Source of the DNA: Bacteroidota bacterium
GTDB taxonomy: Bacteria; Bacteroidota; Bacteroidia; Flavobacteriales; Weeksellaceae
Length of the DNA stretch: 64,000 nucleotides
Assembly: GCA_023387375.1 (NCBI GenBank)
Contig: JAEWIE010000040.1
Location: forward strand, 41,993 to 105,992
Direction of reading: 5' to 3'
Below are positions 17,427-28,339 of this stretch, one piece after another. Position numbers and translations under genes: made by a program. The stretch's first letter is position 1; each line of letters starts with the position of its first letter. The notes under the pieces are model-generated. The model made no database searches and was not told the origin of the DNA. It saw nothing but the letters and a program-made list of their open reading frames with translations.

Positions 17427-18400
17427 TTCGAGCGGCCCTCACGTTTTTTCATTGCTGCATCATCGTTTTGATGCTAGGAACGCTCTTAAATGACTATGTA
17501 GCTCCCAAAACGCTTGGCTATTTAAACTTGCTTTCTCTGTCCTTTCCTATTCTTTTAATTTTCCATGTTGCACTTACGCTCTTTTGGATCCTAGTATGGA
17601 AAAAAAGAGCCATTGTCTTTATTCTTCTATCTCTTTTCTTTCTAAAACCAGCTCAGCGCATTGTAAATTACAATCCGACGACGGTTTCCCAAGAGGGGCA
17701 GATCAAGATCATCACATTTAATACTAAAAATGGTATAGAAGCTAAGGATGGAGCTCAAACAAGCGTCAAGGACTATTTGGAGAGCGAGAATGCAGACATC
17801 GTCATCGTCCAGGAAGATCGCACGAAGTTGGAATCGGAAAACGTGATAACGGAGGGGGGAACTCAACTCTTTAGCAAATACAAAATTGTCAATCAGGAAA
17901 CGTTAATTACAGACGGTTCGAACTCGCACTCTTTTTATGCAGATCTTGATATAGATGGAAAAATCGTACGTATCGTAAATGTGTATCTTCAGCCTTTTCA
18001 GCTTCAAAAATCGATGGTAAAACCCACGGGGGATGCTACTGTAGATCAAGCAAAAGCGAAAAAACTTATATTCCGACTTGTTCCTACCTTCAAAGCACAC
18101 CAGAGCCAGGTGGAGCAAATTAGGCGTGCTATTGATGATTCGCCCTATCCCGTCATTATTGGTGGAGATTTTAACTCCGTTCCCAATTCATGGGAATATT
18201 ATCACCTAGTCGAAGGTCTCCAGGATCCTTTCTTAGAAGTTGGACATGGAAGTGCAACCAGCTTTCATGATTACAAATTCCCGATCCGAATCGATTATTT
18301 ATTTCATTCGAGCTCTATTAAAGCAAAAACCTATAAAGTGGATCGAAGTGTTCATATCTCTGACCACTTTCCCGTCATTGCCACATTTGACCTTAAGTAA
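17417..18400 (+). CDS. membrane-anchored endonuclease/exonuclease/phosphatase (EEP) family protein
   Basis: Three N-terminal TM segments, then EEP motifs (ITFNTKNG, IVIVQE, GGDFNS, SDHFPV). Overlaps the rhomboid gene by 10 nt. Confidence 0.8.
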   Translation: MALIRAALTFFHCCIIVLMLGTLLNDYVAPKTLGYLNLLSLSFPILLIFHVALTLFWILVWKKRAIVFILLSLFFLKPAQRIVNYNPTTVSQEGQIKIITFNTKNGIEAKDGAQTSVKDYLESENADIVIVQEDRTKLESENVITEGGTQLFSKYKIVNQETLITDGSNSHSFYADLDIDGKIVRIVNVYLQPFQLQKSMVKPTGDATVDQAKAKKLIFRLVPTFKAHQSQVEQIRRAIDDSPYPVIIGGDFNSVPNSWEYYHLVEGLQDPFLEVGHGSATSFHDYKFPIRIDYLFHSSSIKAKTYKVDRSVHISDHFPVIATFDLK

Positions 18401-18409
18401 TCGGACTCA

Positions 18410-18446
18410 AAAAAAATGGCCTCTTTACGAAAGAGGCCGCATTTAT
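18410..18446. terminator. bidirectional intrinsic terminator between the EEP gene and hemE
   Basis: Perfect 9-bp stem GGCCTCTTT (18418-18426) / AAAGAGGCC (18430-18438) with a 3-nt loop. An A-run sits upstream, which gives a T-run on the minus strand. Confidence 0.75.
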
Positions 18447-18465
18447 TCTCAAATAGAAAGAGTTT

Positions 18466-19494
18466 CTATTTCTTTTCATACTCGACAACTGCGCGTATAA
18501 ACGCTTCTGCATTTTCCACAGGAATATTGGGCAATATACCGTGTCCTAAGTTCGCAATATATCTTTGGGTTCCAAAACGATCGATCATTTCGTGAACCAT
18601 TTTGCGAATCACTTCCGGAGAGGAGTGAAGTCTTGCCGGATCAAAATTTCCTTGAAGAGTCATGTTGGATCCAACTAGTGCTCTTGCATGTTCCGGCGTC
18701 AGGGTCCAATCCACCCCCAGTGCAGAGGCTTTTGAAAGCGCCATTTCTTCTAATGCAAACCAACATCCTTTTCCAAACACAATCACTTGGGTCACCTCAC
18801 TTAAGGCTTCTACAATACGGTTAATGTATTTCCAAGAAAACTCTTGATAATCTTTTGGCGACAACATTCCTCCCCACGAATCAAAAATTTGAACCGCAGA
18901 TACACCTTTCTCAACTTTTCTCTTTAGATACTTGATCGTCGTTTGCGTAATTTTCTCTAACAATAGATGGGCAGCCTCAGGGTGTTGAAAACAAAATGAT
19001 TTTGCAATATCAAATGCTTTCGAGCCTTTCCCCTCTACGCAATAACATAAAATAGTCCAAGGAGATCCCGCAAATCCAATAAGCGGAACTTCATTCTCTA
19101 ATTTCTCTAATGTCATCTCGATGGCGTCGAACACGTAGCCTAGGCTTTCATTCACATCCGGCACCTCCACTGCTTCTACTTGTGCCAGGGTACGAATCGG
19201 ATTCTCGAGCCAAGGCCCAATTGATTCTTTCATTTCAAAATTAATCCCCATGGCTTGAGGCACGACCAAAATATCGGAAAACAAAATCGCAGCATCGAGT
19301 GGAAACCGTCGAATCGGTTGAACCGTAATTTCAGAGGCAAGCTCTGGACGTTGACAGCGTGTAAAGAAATCGTATTTCTCTCTTAGCGCCATGAACTCAG
19401 GCAAATAGCGTCCTGCCTGTCTCATCATCCAAACTGGGGGTCTTTCTACCTGTTCACCTCTCAGGGCTTTCAGGAACAAATCATTTTTAATCAT
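18466..19494 (-). CDS. hemE: uroporphyrinogen decarboxylase
   Basis: [16 protein letters not shown] signature. 342 aa. Confidence 0.95.
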   Translation of the reverse strand: MIKNDLFLKALRGEQVERPPVWMMRQAGRYLPEFMALREKYDFFTRCQRPELASEITVQPIRRFPLDAAILFSDILVVPQAMGINFEMKESIGPWLENPIRTLAQVEAVEVPDVNESLGYVFDAIEMTLEKLENEVPLIGFAGSPWTILCYCVEGKGSKAFDIAKSFCFQHPEAAHLLLEKITQTTIKYLKRKVEKGVSAVQIFDSWGGMLSPKDYQEFSWKYINRIVEALSEVTQVIVFGKGCWFALEEMALSKASALGVDWTLTPEHARALVGSNMTLQGNFDPARLHSSPEVIRKMVHEMIDRFGTQRYIANLGHGILPNIPVENAEAFIRAVVEYEKK

Positions 19495-19501
19495 AATGGG
19501 C

Positions 19502-20188
19502 TTATTTCGTATGCGAAAGTTCTCGAACTAGTACCTTCATAAGGTCTTCGAAATTGCTTTCGATACTTGTATTTATCTTGTTTTGAGTATATTTTCTTAA
19601 TTCTTTTTCCGTCGTATGACCAATGGAGAACAATTTCTTATTTTCAAGACCATTGTGCTCTACAAAACTTCTTACACCACTTGGTGAAAAAAACACGAGC
19701 GCATCATATTCATTTTCTACTTTTGGATACAGAAGTTCGGTTTGGTATACGGGGATTTGCCTATAACTGAAATTCTGTAAAGGAAGCGTAGAGTCTAAAA
19801 TCGTGAGCGATAAGCTTCCACAAAAATGCAAAAACTTCTCTCCTTGTGCGTTCTCTACTAAAAACTCTCGCAGTTCTTGAGCATGACGCTTTACTTTGTA
19901 GGTACCAAATCCATATTTGCGAAGAGCATTTTTCGTCTTGGGACCCACCGTATATATTCGATTGTACTTACGACTGGTGAACACTTCGTTCGGTCTAAAC
20001 CCATTTTCAAAAAAAGAATCTACGCCGTTTACACTGGTAAATATTAAGGAATAATCTTTTAAATCAAAAGGTTCGACTTTAAGGGGTATCGTTTTAATTA
20101 CTTCTACAAAATCATAGGAAAATTGATCACCAAGCGACTTGGCAATCAGTTTTCGGTCTAGATTTTTTTTTGTAAAAAGTATGTTCAT
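19502..20188 (-). CDS. hemD: uroporphyrinogen-III synthase
   Basis: HemD-like pattern ([21 protein letters not shown]) and a position between hemC and hemE. Confidence 0.8.
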   Translation of the reverse strand: MNILFTKKNLDRKLIAKSLGDQFSYDFVEVIKTIPLKVEPFDLKDYSLIFTSVNGVDSFFENGFRPNEVFTSRKYNRIYTVGPKTKNALRKYGFGTYKVKRHAQELREFLVENAQGEKFLHFCGSLSLTILDSTLPLQNFSYRQIPVYQTELLYPKVENEYDALVFFSPSGVRSFVEHNGLENKKLFSIGHTTEKELRKYTQNKINTSIESNFEDLMKVLVRELSHTK

Positions 20189-20210
20189 TAAAAAAACGCC
20201 TTAAACTTGT

Positions 20211-21131
20211 CTATAATGTTCCACCCAATCTTGGCTTCACTTGGTCCATAATTTCTTTTGCACCTGAACGAAGAAAACGTTGCGCAACCTTAATTCCTTG
20301 TTCTCTTGCATTTTCTTTAGACAGAGTTTCTTCCATCGCAATACAGTTGCGTCCGTCCAGGGTGCATATTCTTCCTTGAAAACGAACTTCCTTATCAATG
20401 ATTTCAGCATATGCACCAATCGGCGCTGTACATCCTCCTTCTAAAGTTTGAAGAAAAGCTCTTTCGATCTCGACACAAATTTGGGTATCCAAATCGTTTA
20501 TTCCTTGGAGAATTTCTTTTAATTCTACGTTGTCTTTATGACCTGTGACTACCACTACACCTTGCGAAGGTGCATTAAGCATAAAAGGAAGTTCTTCATA
20601 GTCCACTTTAAGCTCCAATCTTGCGAGACCTGCTTTTGAAAAAAGTGTGGCATCCGCAAGACCATTTTCAATTTTGTCAAGTCTCGTTTGGACGTTTCCA
20701 CGAATATCCACAAAGCTTGTATTAGGGAATTCCTCGGCCCAAAACGCTCTTCGTCTTAGGCTGCTTGTAGCAAGGCTCAATTCTTCTAATCGTGTGCCTT
20801 TTGCGCTCTCACTTCTCACCAATACATCCTCATGATAATCTCGTTTTAAAAACGCGATTAGCTCTAGTCCCTCTGGCAATAAGGTAGGTACATCTTTTAA
20901 CGAATGTACCGCAATATCGATTTCTTTGTTCAAAAGTGCAGTATCCAGATCACGTGTAAACACGCCTGTGATGCCCATTTGATAAAGAGGTTGATTTAAC
21001 TGCTTATCACCATTCGAAATTATCGGAGTAATGTTTGTTGTAAAATTCCGATTCTGCAAATGCCTCGCTACTTCTCGCGCTTGCCAAAGGGCAAGTGGAG
21101 ACTTACGTGTGCCTATTCTAATGCTTTTCAT
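20211..21131 (-). CDS. hemC: hydroxymethylbilane synthase (porphobilinogen deaminase)
   Basis: IRIGTRKSPLALWQA signature and the cofactor cysteine region GGCTAPIG. Start set to the ATG at 21131, which overlaps the hemA stop by 14 nt. Confidence 0.92.
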   Translation of the reverse strand: MKSIRIGTRKSPLALWQAREVARHLQNRNFTTNITPIISNGDKQLNQPLYQMGITGVFTRDLDTALLNKEIDIAVHSLKDVPTLLPEGLELIAFLKRDYHEDVLVRSESAKGTRLEELSLATSSLRRRAFWAEEFPNTSFVDIRGNVQTRLDKIENGLADATLFSKAGLARLELKVDYEELPFMLNAPSQGVVVVTGHKDNVELKEILQGINDLDTQICVEIERAFLQTLEGGCTAPIGAYAEIIDKEVRFQGRICTLDGRNCIAMEETLSKENAREQGIKVAQRFLRSGAKEIMDQVKPRLGGTL

Positions 21132-22392
21132 TGAATTCTTTATTTGGTTGTTCCACAAACATTTCGTGCATAAGATTACTTACTTCCCTCGCGCGTGAAG
21201 GGTTGTCTAGGATGTATTTCGCAAAACGATTCGTAATCTTTTGAATCATCTTATCGGTGAGCTCCATATCGTCCACCGCAATATACCGATGCTTTTTATG
21301 GATGCTATGCATCTCATGACTCTCCATTCTTTTCAACATGGCTTTAAACTCGTGAATGGTCGGTGCAAGCGTCCGCTTCTTTTCCCAATCAATGAAATCG
21401 TTTGTCATTCCTTTAATTATTTCCTCAGCTTTTGGAATTTCTTTCTTTCGCTGCTCCATGGTTTCTTGTATATGGTTTGAAAGAATGTCCACATCCACAA
21501 GTTCAACTCCATTGATTTCGTTAACGTCCGAATCCACATTGTTAGGAATCGAAAGATCAATCACAAGCATAGGTTTGCTACCTGAAAAATGGGATTTCTT
21601 AATAATAGGAGTTTTCGCACTTGTGGCCACAATTAAAATATCAGTGTCAAGAAGCTCTTTGGAGAAATCTTCAAATGCCACATAGGGAATCTGGTATTTT
21701 TGTGCTATTTTTTCGGCTATTTCGTTGGTGCGGTTGGCAATCTTCACTTTCGGTTGGTAAATGTGTTTTACCAAATTCTCGACGGTGTTTTGCCCAATCT
21801 CTCCAACCCCTAACAAAAGAATATTCTTTCCTGAAAGTTGAGTTTGGGAATTCAAAATATAATGAACTGCCGCGTACGATACACTCGCAGCACCATTGGA
21901 AATTCCTGTTTCGTTTTTTATTCTTTTCGAAATCTGAATGGCGGAATTAATCGCCCGTTCAAGATACGGATTCGATTTCGACTTTTCTTTTTTGAATCGG
22001 TTGTATGCGTTTTTGATTTGGCCAATGATCTCAAAATCTCCCAAAATCTGACTTTCTAGACCGGCCGCCACGCGAAAGAGGTGGTTCAGTGCCTGCTTCT
22101 CTTTTAAAACTTCTGCATATTTCATGAAATCTGTTAGTTCCACGTCCACAGATTTGCAATACTGCTCTGCAATTAAAAGATAGTTTGGAGTGGTGGTATA
22201 GATTTCTGTTCGGTTGCAAGTAGAAACCACGAAAGCATCGCCTAGGTTTTCCGAATGAATCCGGTCAACAAATTCTTTGACGTGCTGGTCAAAAAAGGCA
22301 AATTTACCCCTGGTTTTCGCATCGGCTTTTTCAAAACTGACACTTAACACCGCAAAATTAGAGGTCTGATGTATGTTATTATTTTGTGGCAT
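21118..22392 (-). CDS. hemA: glutamyl-tRNA reductase
   Basis: STCNRTEIY catalytic cysteine motif and the NADPH-binding LLLGVGEIG. I chose the ATG at 22392 (424 aa). The ORF could extend to 22449. Confidence 0.9.
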   Translation of the reverse strand: MPQNNNIHQTSNFAVLSVSFEKADAKTRGKFAFFDQHVKEFVDRIHSENLGDAFVVSTCNRTEIYTTTPNYLLIAEQYCKSVDVELTDFMKYAEVLKEKQALNHLFRVAAGLESQILGDFEIIGQIKNAYNRFKKEKSKSNPYLERAINSAIQISKRIKNETGISNGAASVSYAAVHYILNSQTQLSGKNILLLGVGEIGQNTVENLVKHIYQPKVKIANRTNEIAEKIAQKYQIPYVAFEDFSKELLDTDILIVATSAKTPIIKKSHFSGSKPMLVIDLSIPNNVDSDVNEINGVELVDVDILSNHIQETMEQRKKEIPKAEEIIKGMTNDFIDWEKKRTLAPTIHEFKAMLKRMESHEMHSIHKKHRYIAVDDMELTDKMIQKITNRFAKYILDNPSRAREVSNLMHEMFVEQPNKEFNEKH

Positions 22393-22559
22393 AGTAAACA
22401 AAGGCAAATTTAGGGCTTTTTTAATTAATAAATCCATGATGAAAGTCACTGTGCGATTCTAATTATTGAATCGGACTAATAAGTCTTGCTTAGAGCAAAC
22501 TTTAATAAAACTTTAACCAAATATTGATTGTATCGATTCTTATAATGGGTCTAAATTTA

Positions 22560-22567
22560 TATCTTTG
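22560..22567 (+). promoter_or_regulatory. -7 promoter box (TAnnTTTG) upstream of mreB
   Basis: TATCTTTG lies 27 nt upstream of the ATG at 22594. Confidence 0.4.
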
Positions 22568-22593
22568 TAACCTTAATATTTTTATCGAAGAAG

Positions 22594-23619
22594 ATGGGTT
22601 TATTTGATATGTTCACACAAGAAATCGCAATCGATTTAGGAACAGCTAACACACTGATTATCCACAACAACAAAATTGTCGTGGACCAACCTTCGATTGT
22701 CGCCATAGAGCGTCAATCCGGAAAGCCAATTGCCGTAGGGGAACAGGCCAAACACATGCAGGGGAAAACACACGAGGACATCCGCACGATTCGTCCACTA
22801 AAGGATGGGGTGATTGCAGACTTTCATGCCTCTGAGCACATGATAAAAGAATTCATTAAAAAAATCCCTGCCATCAAAGGCAAACTTATACAGCCTGCTC
22901 TTAAAATCGTAATTTGTATTCCTTCCGGAATTACAGAGGTAGAGAAAAGAGCTGTACGAGATTCTGCACAAAAAGTAAATGCAAAAGAAGTTCGTTTGAT
23001 TTATGAACCGATGGCAGCCGCTATTGGTGTCGGAATTGATGTTCAAAAACCCGAAGGGAACATGATTATCGATATCGGTGGAGGAACCACAGAAATCGCA
23101 GTCGTCGCTTTAGGAGGGATTGTTTGCGATAAATCGGTAAAAATTGCAGGGGACGTTTTCACAAGTGACATCGCTTACTATCTAAGAACACACCACAACC
23201 TTTACATTGGTGAAAGAACGGCTGAACGTGTGAAAATTGAAGTAGGATCTGCTGTCGAAGAACTCGATGTAGACATCGAGGACATTCCGGTTCAAGGTCG
23301 TGACCTTATTACGGGAAAACCGAAAGAAATCATGGTGGGCTACAAAGAGATTGCAAGAGCGCTTGACAAATCAATTGTTCGCATTGAAGATGCTGTGATG
23401 GAAACTCTTTCGTTAACGCCACCAGAACTTGCCGCAGATATTTACAAAACAGGGATTTATTTAGCGGGAGGAGGAGCACTCCTAAGAGGACTTGCCGATC
23501 GTTTGCACCGCAAAACAGGACTGCCTGTTTTCGTCGCTGAAGATCCATTGAGAGCTGTCGTAAGAGGGACTGGAATCGCGTTAAAAAACATGGATAAATT
23601 CAACTTTTTAATTCGTTAA
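22594..23619 (+). CDS. mreB: rod shape-determining protein MreB
   Basis: Actin-fold motifs IAIDLGTANT and DIGGGTTEIAV. 341 aa. Confidence 0.96.
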   Translation: MGLFDMFTQEIAIDLGTANTLIIHNNKIVVDQPSIVAIERQSGKPIAVGEQAKHMQGKTHEDIRTIRPLKDGVIADFHASEHMIKEFIKKIPAIKGKLIQPALKIVICIPSGITEVEKRAVRDSAQKVNAKEVRLIYEPMAAAIGVGIDVQKPEGNMIIDIGGGTTEIAVVALGGIVCDKSVKIAGDVFTSDIAYYLRTHHNLYIGERTAERVKIEVGSAVEELDVDIEDIPVQGRDLITGKPKEIMVGYKEIARALDKSIVRIEDAVMETLSLTPPELAADIYKTGIYLAGGGALLRGLADRLHRKTGLPVFVAEDPLRAVVRGTGIALKNMDKFNFLIR

Positions 23620-23643
23620 TCACACTAATTTGACTTTTTGGGG

Positions 23644-24495
23644 ATGGGATTTTTGTTAAGATTAATTTCGAAGAATGCACTGTTCTTCTTTTTTCTGGTC
23701 TTGCAAGTAATCGCATTAGTCCTCGTGTTCACTCGCAATTCTATGCAACAAAGTTGGATTGCAGGGCAAACCACTGCCTTCAATTCAACCGTCTCTGGAA
23801 TTGTCGACGAAGGGACCTCCTATCTGAAACTAAAGCAAATTAATGATCGTCTTGTCGCGCAAAACAAGGCTCTACTTCAAGAGCTTTATGGAAACCAAAA
23901 TGCAGGTGCGGCCGTACTTAGAACGATAAGAGACACTACAGGAATAGCTCAATCGTACACCATCGTTGATGGAGACATTGTGTACAATAGCATTAATCGA
24001 CAAGATAACTATTTCACGATCAACCGAGGCAAACTTCATGGGGTAAAACCTAAAATGGGGGTAATTGCACCCCAAGGAATTGCAGGAATCGTTGTGAATA
24101 CGACAGACCACTACGCATTAGTTCAGTCTGTTTTAAGCACAAACAAAATTAAAATTAATGCGGCGCTCAAAAACTCGCAGTATTTCGGCACGCTTTCCTG
24201 GCGAGGAGAAGATTCGAGAATCATGCATTTGCAAGACGTGCCAAAATACGTTTCGTTGCAAGTGGGAGACACGGTCGTAACGGATGGAAAATCTGCAATC
24301 TTCCCTCAAGGGATTATGATTGGTACGGTTGCTGGTTACCAAGTTGACCGTAAAACAGGATTTTGGGATATTGCTGTAGAGCTCAGTGAAACCATGGGGA
24401 ACTTGAACAAAGTATATATTGTGGATAATCTGCAAAAAATCGAGGTTCAAAAAATTCAAGACACCCTAAAAGTACAAATGTCAAGAGATGATTAG
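23644..24495 (+). CDS. mreC: rod shape-determining protein MreC
   Basis: N-terminal TM segment plus coiled coil and a beta-rich C-terminal domain, located between mreB and mreD. I preferred the ATG at 23644 over the TTG at 23638. Confidence 0.85.
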   Translation: MGFLLRLISKNALFFFFLVLQVIALVLVFTRNSMQQSWIAGQTTAFNSTVSGIVDEGTSYLKLKQINDRLVAQNKALLQELYGNQNAGAAVLRTIRDTTGIAQSYTIVDGDIVYNSINRQDNYFTINRGKLHGVKPKMGVIAPQGIAGIVVNTTDHYALVQSVLSTNKIKINAALKNSQYFGTLSWRGEDSRIMHLQDVPKYVSLQVGDTVVTDGKSAIFPQGIMIGTVAGYQVDRKTGFWDIAVELSETMGNLNKVYIVDNLQKIEVQKIQDTLKVQMSRDD

Positions 24496-24994
24496 TAGAA
24501 GTATTTTCACCGACATTCTTTCCATTGTCGTGCTTGTCGCACTTCAAATCTTTGTGCTAAACCGAATTACGCTGGGCGGTAAATACACGCCTGTTTTGTA
24601 TCCAGTCTTCGTGATGTTTTATCCCTTCTTTCGAAACAAATACCTATTTCTTGTCTCCAGTTTTGTCCTAGGACTCTGCATTGATGCATTTTTAGGCACC
24701 TGGGGAATTAACGCATTTGCCACTACCTTAATCGCCTACTTTAGGACTCTAATCTTTCGAACTTCTACGGATACCTCTACTGATTTTTTCTCCTTTCAAA
24801 CCTTGCAATGGAGTCAATTTCTTTTCTTTATTTTTTCAAGTATCTTTGTTCATCAATTTACCGTTCAAACCATTGAATTTTTTAAATTCTCACGGACGAT
24901 TGAAATTTTATTAAACATTTTAGCAAGTAGCAGCATTTCGTTTGTCTTTATTTTGATATACGCAATCGCATTTAGAATCAAACAAAAAGTGTGA
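24488..24994 (+). CDS. mreD: rod shape-determining protein MreD
   Basis: 168-aa polytopic membrane protein. Overlaps mreC by 8 nt and mrdA by 4 nt. Confidence 0.75.
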   Translation: MISRSIFTDILSIVVLVALQIFVLNRITLGGKYTPVLYPVFVMFYPFFRNKYLFLVSSFVLGLCIDAFLGTWGINAFATTLIAYFRTLIFRTSTDTSTDFFSFQTLQWSQFLFFIFSSIFVHQFTVQTIEFFKFSRTIEILLNILASSSISFVFILIYAIAFRIKQKV

Positions 24995-26997
24995 GGTCTC
25001 AGTATTTAAAAATTTCTCTTCTTCTTCTTTTTCTCGTTATTGTTTTTATAGCGAGACTTGCTTACCTACAACTTTTCACGGACCGTTATGCTTTAAATGC
25101 GGCTAATACTTCAATTAAAAAAGAATACATCATTCCGCAGCGAGGGATCATTTTTGATCGCAACGGGAAAATCCTTGTAGGAAATCAGCCCTCCTATGAA
25201 ATCTCGTTCACTCAAGCGCTTCTAAAACCGGATTTTGATACCCTTGGATTTTGCCAGCTAATGAAAATTAGCAAACCGCGATTTATTGCCATTCTTGATT
25301 CCGTTAAAAAAGAGCGGTACTATTCTCGAATGACTCCCATGACCTTCAAGAAAAACATTAGTCGGGATGAAATCGCAAGAATTCAAGAAATCATCTTTAA
25401 ATACCCTGCCTTTAGCATTATAGAAAGGCCACAAAGAAAGTATGAAGTAAGTACTTCTGGAAACTTATTAGGGTACACCAGTGAGGTCAATGACAATGAT
25501 ATTAAGAAAGACTCCCTCTATTATTTGCCAGGCGATAACATCGGAAAATCAGGAGTTGAAAAATCGTATGAAAAAGATCTTAGGGGAACCAAAGGAATCC
25601 ACTACATTCAAAAAGACATACGTCTGAGAAACATTGGTCCTTACAAAGATGGCGATCTTGATGTCGATGTCGTAACAGGAAAAGATTTGACCCTTACCAT
25701 TGATTATGATCTGCAAAGAATCGCAGAAGAAATGCTTGTCAACAAAAGGGGGGCTATTGTTGCCTTAGACCCAAACAATGGCGAGATTCTAGCCCTTGCA
25801 ACAGGTCCCGATATTAACCCAAATTTATTTACAGGTCCCAATAAATCCAAACAGATTAATTCTCTATTAAACGATACGTTTAATAAGCCCATGTTTGACC
25901 GCTCTACTCAATCTGCGCATATGCCTGGTTCTACATTCAAAATGTTTACGGCACTTGCCGCTATGCAAATGGGAGTGATGGATGAAAATACAATTTTTCC
26001 GTGTGCGGGAGGATTCAATTACAAAGGTCTTCGCATTCGAGGTCACGGAGGAGCCGATCCCTTAATTCCCTCCATACAAGTCTCCAGTAACTGCTATTTT
26101 TCCTATGCCTATCTTGCCATTATCAACAAGTACCCTGGCAATCCCTCCAAGGGCGTAAACGAATGGAAGAAAATCATGGAGAGTTTTGGATTTGGACAGT
26201 ACCTTAACAATGACTTAGCCACAGGCGCTAAGGGTCAGATTCCAAGCGGCGAATTTTACGAAAGACGAGCAAAGACGAAAGTATGGAGTCCTTTATCTAC
26301 GGGGGCTATCTTTAACGGAATGGGCCAGGGAGATGTGATGCTCACGCCGCTTCAACTTGCTAACGGAATCGCAGCCATTGCGAACAAAGGATTCTATTTC
26401 ACACCTCACATTGTTAAATCCATTGACGGCAAACCCAATCCCGACCCTCGATTTAAAGTAAAACATAAGACCCTAGTGGATTCAAAACATTATGGTCCTA
26501 TTTTAAGGGGAATGGAACAAGTTGTTTTAGCAGGTACAGGACGAGGTCTAAAGACAAATGAGTTTACCCAACTTGCCAAAACAGGAACAGCCCAAGTACC
26601 ACAGGGGAAAGACAACTCTGTGTACGTGCTAATTGCCCCAAAAGAGAAGCCTCAAATTGTAGTGATTGCTCTAATTGAACATGCAGGATTTGGATCTACG
26701 TGGGCGGGACCTGCCAGTACCATCATTGCTGAAAAATACCTCACTGGAACCATTAAAAGAGAATACCTCTACGATCGCATGATCAATGCTAGCTTCATGG
26801 GAGAATACCGTAGGCAGTGGGTGGAAGAGCAAAAGCGCAAAGGCCTCTACAAGGAACCAAGAAAAGACTCTTTGCAAATTATTCAAATTCAGGACAGCCT
26901 TCGTTTTATCAAAAACAAAGCGCAGCGTGAGCGACTTATTTACCGTAGAGATTCGCTACTCACTCGTTTCAACGAAAGAAAAACTTCAAAAAAGTAG
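24991..26997 (+). CDS. mrdA: penicillin-binding protein 2 (elongasome transpeptidase)
   Basis: STFK (PGSTFKM), SSN and KTGT motifs. GTG start forms a GTGA overlap with the mreD stop. Confidence 0.93.
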   Translation: MRSQYLKISLLLLFLVIVFIARLAYLQLFTDRYALNAANTSIKKEYIIPQRGIIFDRNGKILVGNQPSYEISFTQALLKPDFDTLGFCQLMKISKPRFIAILDSVKKERYYSRMTPMTFKKNISRDEIARIQEIIFKYPAFSIIERPQRKYEVSTSGNLLGYTSEVNDNDIKKDSLYYLPGDNIGKSGVEKSYEKDLRGTKGIHYIQKDIRLRNIGPYKDGDLDVDVVTGKDLTLTIDYDLQRIAEEMLVNKRGAIVALDPNNGEILALATGPDINPNLFTGPNKSKQINSLLNDTFNKPMFDRSTQSAHMPGSTFKMFTALAAMQMGVMDENTIFPCAGGFNYKGLRIRGHGGADPLIPSIQVSSNCYFSYAYLAIINKYPGNPSKGVNEWKKIMESFGFGQYLNNDLATGAKGQIPSGEFYERRAKTKVWSPLSTGAIFNGMGQGDVMLTPLQLANGIAAIANKGFYFTPHIVKSIDGKPNPDPRFKVKHKTLVDSKHYGPILRGMEQVVLAGTGRGLKTNEFTQLAKTGTAQVPQGKDNSVYVLIAPKEKPQIVVIALIEHAGFGSTWAGPASTIIAEKYLTGTIKREYLYDRMINASFMGEYRRQWVEEQKRKGLYKEPRKDSLQIIQIQDSLRFIKNKAQRERLIYRRDSLLTRFNERKTSKK

Positions 26998-27000
26998 ATT

Positions 27001-28230
27001 ATGAAGTGGACTCAAGGATTAGACAAACTCGGACTTACGCTGTATCTTTTAATCAGCTCTTTTGCCGTTGCCAATATTTACAGTGTAGACCCTGGTTTAG
27101 GCAAAAAGCAATTTCTTTTCCTTTGTATTTCCCTTTTTGTTGGAGTTTTAATCTTCATTACCCGAACCAAGTTTTTTGAAAACATGTCAAGTGTTTTCTA
27201 TATGCTTGGGATTGCTCTACTTGTGGGACTTTTTCCTTTTGGAACCGAAATTCTAGGACAAAAAAACTGGTATAAATTCGGAGGCTTTACCATGCAGCCT
27301 GTCGAATTCTCAAAGATAGGCACCGCCCTCATGCTTGCCCATTATGTGGCTGGACCCAATTTTAACATCAAATATGGCAAGAGTCTTCGGACGGCCATTG
27401 CAATTATTGCCATCCCAGCACTGGTTGTACTAGCGATCCCCGATGTGGGTTCTCTTCTGGTCTTTGGCGCCTTTTTCATTGCACTGTATCGAGAAGGGTT
27501 AAGTGGCTGGTTCTTTGGCGTGATCGGAATCCTAGCCGCTGTATTTTTAATTTCTATCGCCGTAAACCCAATTTATGTGGTCATAGCCCTGGTGCTATTA
27601 ACAGCCATTTTAATTCTGCGAAACTTTGGGAAAATGCGATGGAACATCTACACCTTTGCGAACATTGGGGGATCTCTTGTGGTTCTTTCTGCCCTTGCTT
27701 TCGCCACGCCAAGCGTTCTCGAAAAACTCCCAAAACACCAGCGAGAAAGAATTGAAGTACTCTACAAAGGAGAAAGAGCCTTTCGCGATACCTCAGGATA
27801 CAACTTACTGTATTCGAAAACCGCAATTGGTTCAGGTGGATTTTGGGGCAAGGGCTATCAGCAAGGCTCGGTCACGCAAGGTAAATTTGTACCTGAACAG
27901 GAAACCGATTACATCTTTTGCACCGTGGGTGAAGAATGGGGATTCTTTGGAAGCGCTCTTCTACTCATTGCATACGCCGTCTACATTGCTAGAATTTATT
28001 ATCTTTCCGAACGGCAGAAAAACCATTTTAACCGAGTCTTTGGCTACTGCTTTGCCTCGATTCTACTAATCCATTACGCGATCAACATAGGCATGGTAAT
28101 GGGGCTATTTCCCACCGTGGGAATTCCACTACCCTACTTTAGTTATGGAGGTAGTTCCCTACTCGCCTTTTCCATTATGACGGCTATCTTCTTTAAATTG
28201 AATTACGCCGATAAGAACAGTCTGGTTTAG
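27001..28230 (+). CDS. rodA: rod shape-determining protein RodA (SEDS family)
   Basis: Polytopic protein with PEQETDYIF and GIPLPYFSYGGSS SEDS motifs. Confidence 0.93.
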   Translation: MKWTQGLDKLGLTLYLLISSFAVANIYSVDPGLGKKQFLFLCISLFVGVLIFITRTKFFENMSSVFYMLGIALLVGLFPFGTEILGQKNWYKFGGFTMQPVEFSKIGTALMLAHYVAGPNFNIKYGKSLRTAIAIIAIPALVVLAIPDVGSLLVFGAFFIALYREGLSGWFFGVIGILAAVFLISIAVNPIYVVIALVLLTAILILRNFGKMRWNIYTFANIGGSLVVLSALAFATPSVLEKLPKHQRERIEVLYKGERAFRDTSGYNLLYSKTAIGSGGFWGKGYQQGSVTQGKFVPEQETDYIFCTVGEEWGFFGSALLLIAYAVYIARIYYLSERQKNHFNRVFGYCFASILLIHYAINIGMVMGLFPTVGIPLPYFSYGGSSLLAFSIMTAIFFKLNYADKNSLV

Positions 28231-28283
28231 TGACCGAGCGAGCTAAAAGCCGCTTACTCAGAGTCTTTTATTCCAATCAAACA

Positions 28284-28325
28284 CAAAAAAAATCCTGCCT
28301 TTTTTTCAAAGGCAGGATGAATCGC
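28284..28325. terminator. bidirectional intrinsic terminator between rodA and the response regulator gene
   Basis: Stem ATCCTGCCTT (28292-28301) / AAGGCAGGAT (28309-28318). An A-run sits upstream, which gives a T-run on the minus strand. Confidence 0.75.
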
Positions 28326-28339
28326 AATTTTAAATTGAT

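Noticed and set aside
27626-28069. 147-aa ORF in an alternative frame within rodA
   Set aside because: It lies entirely inside the well-supported SEDS gene and shows no independent signal.
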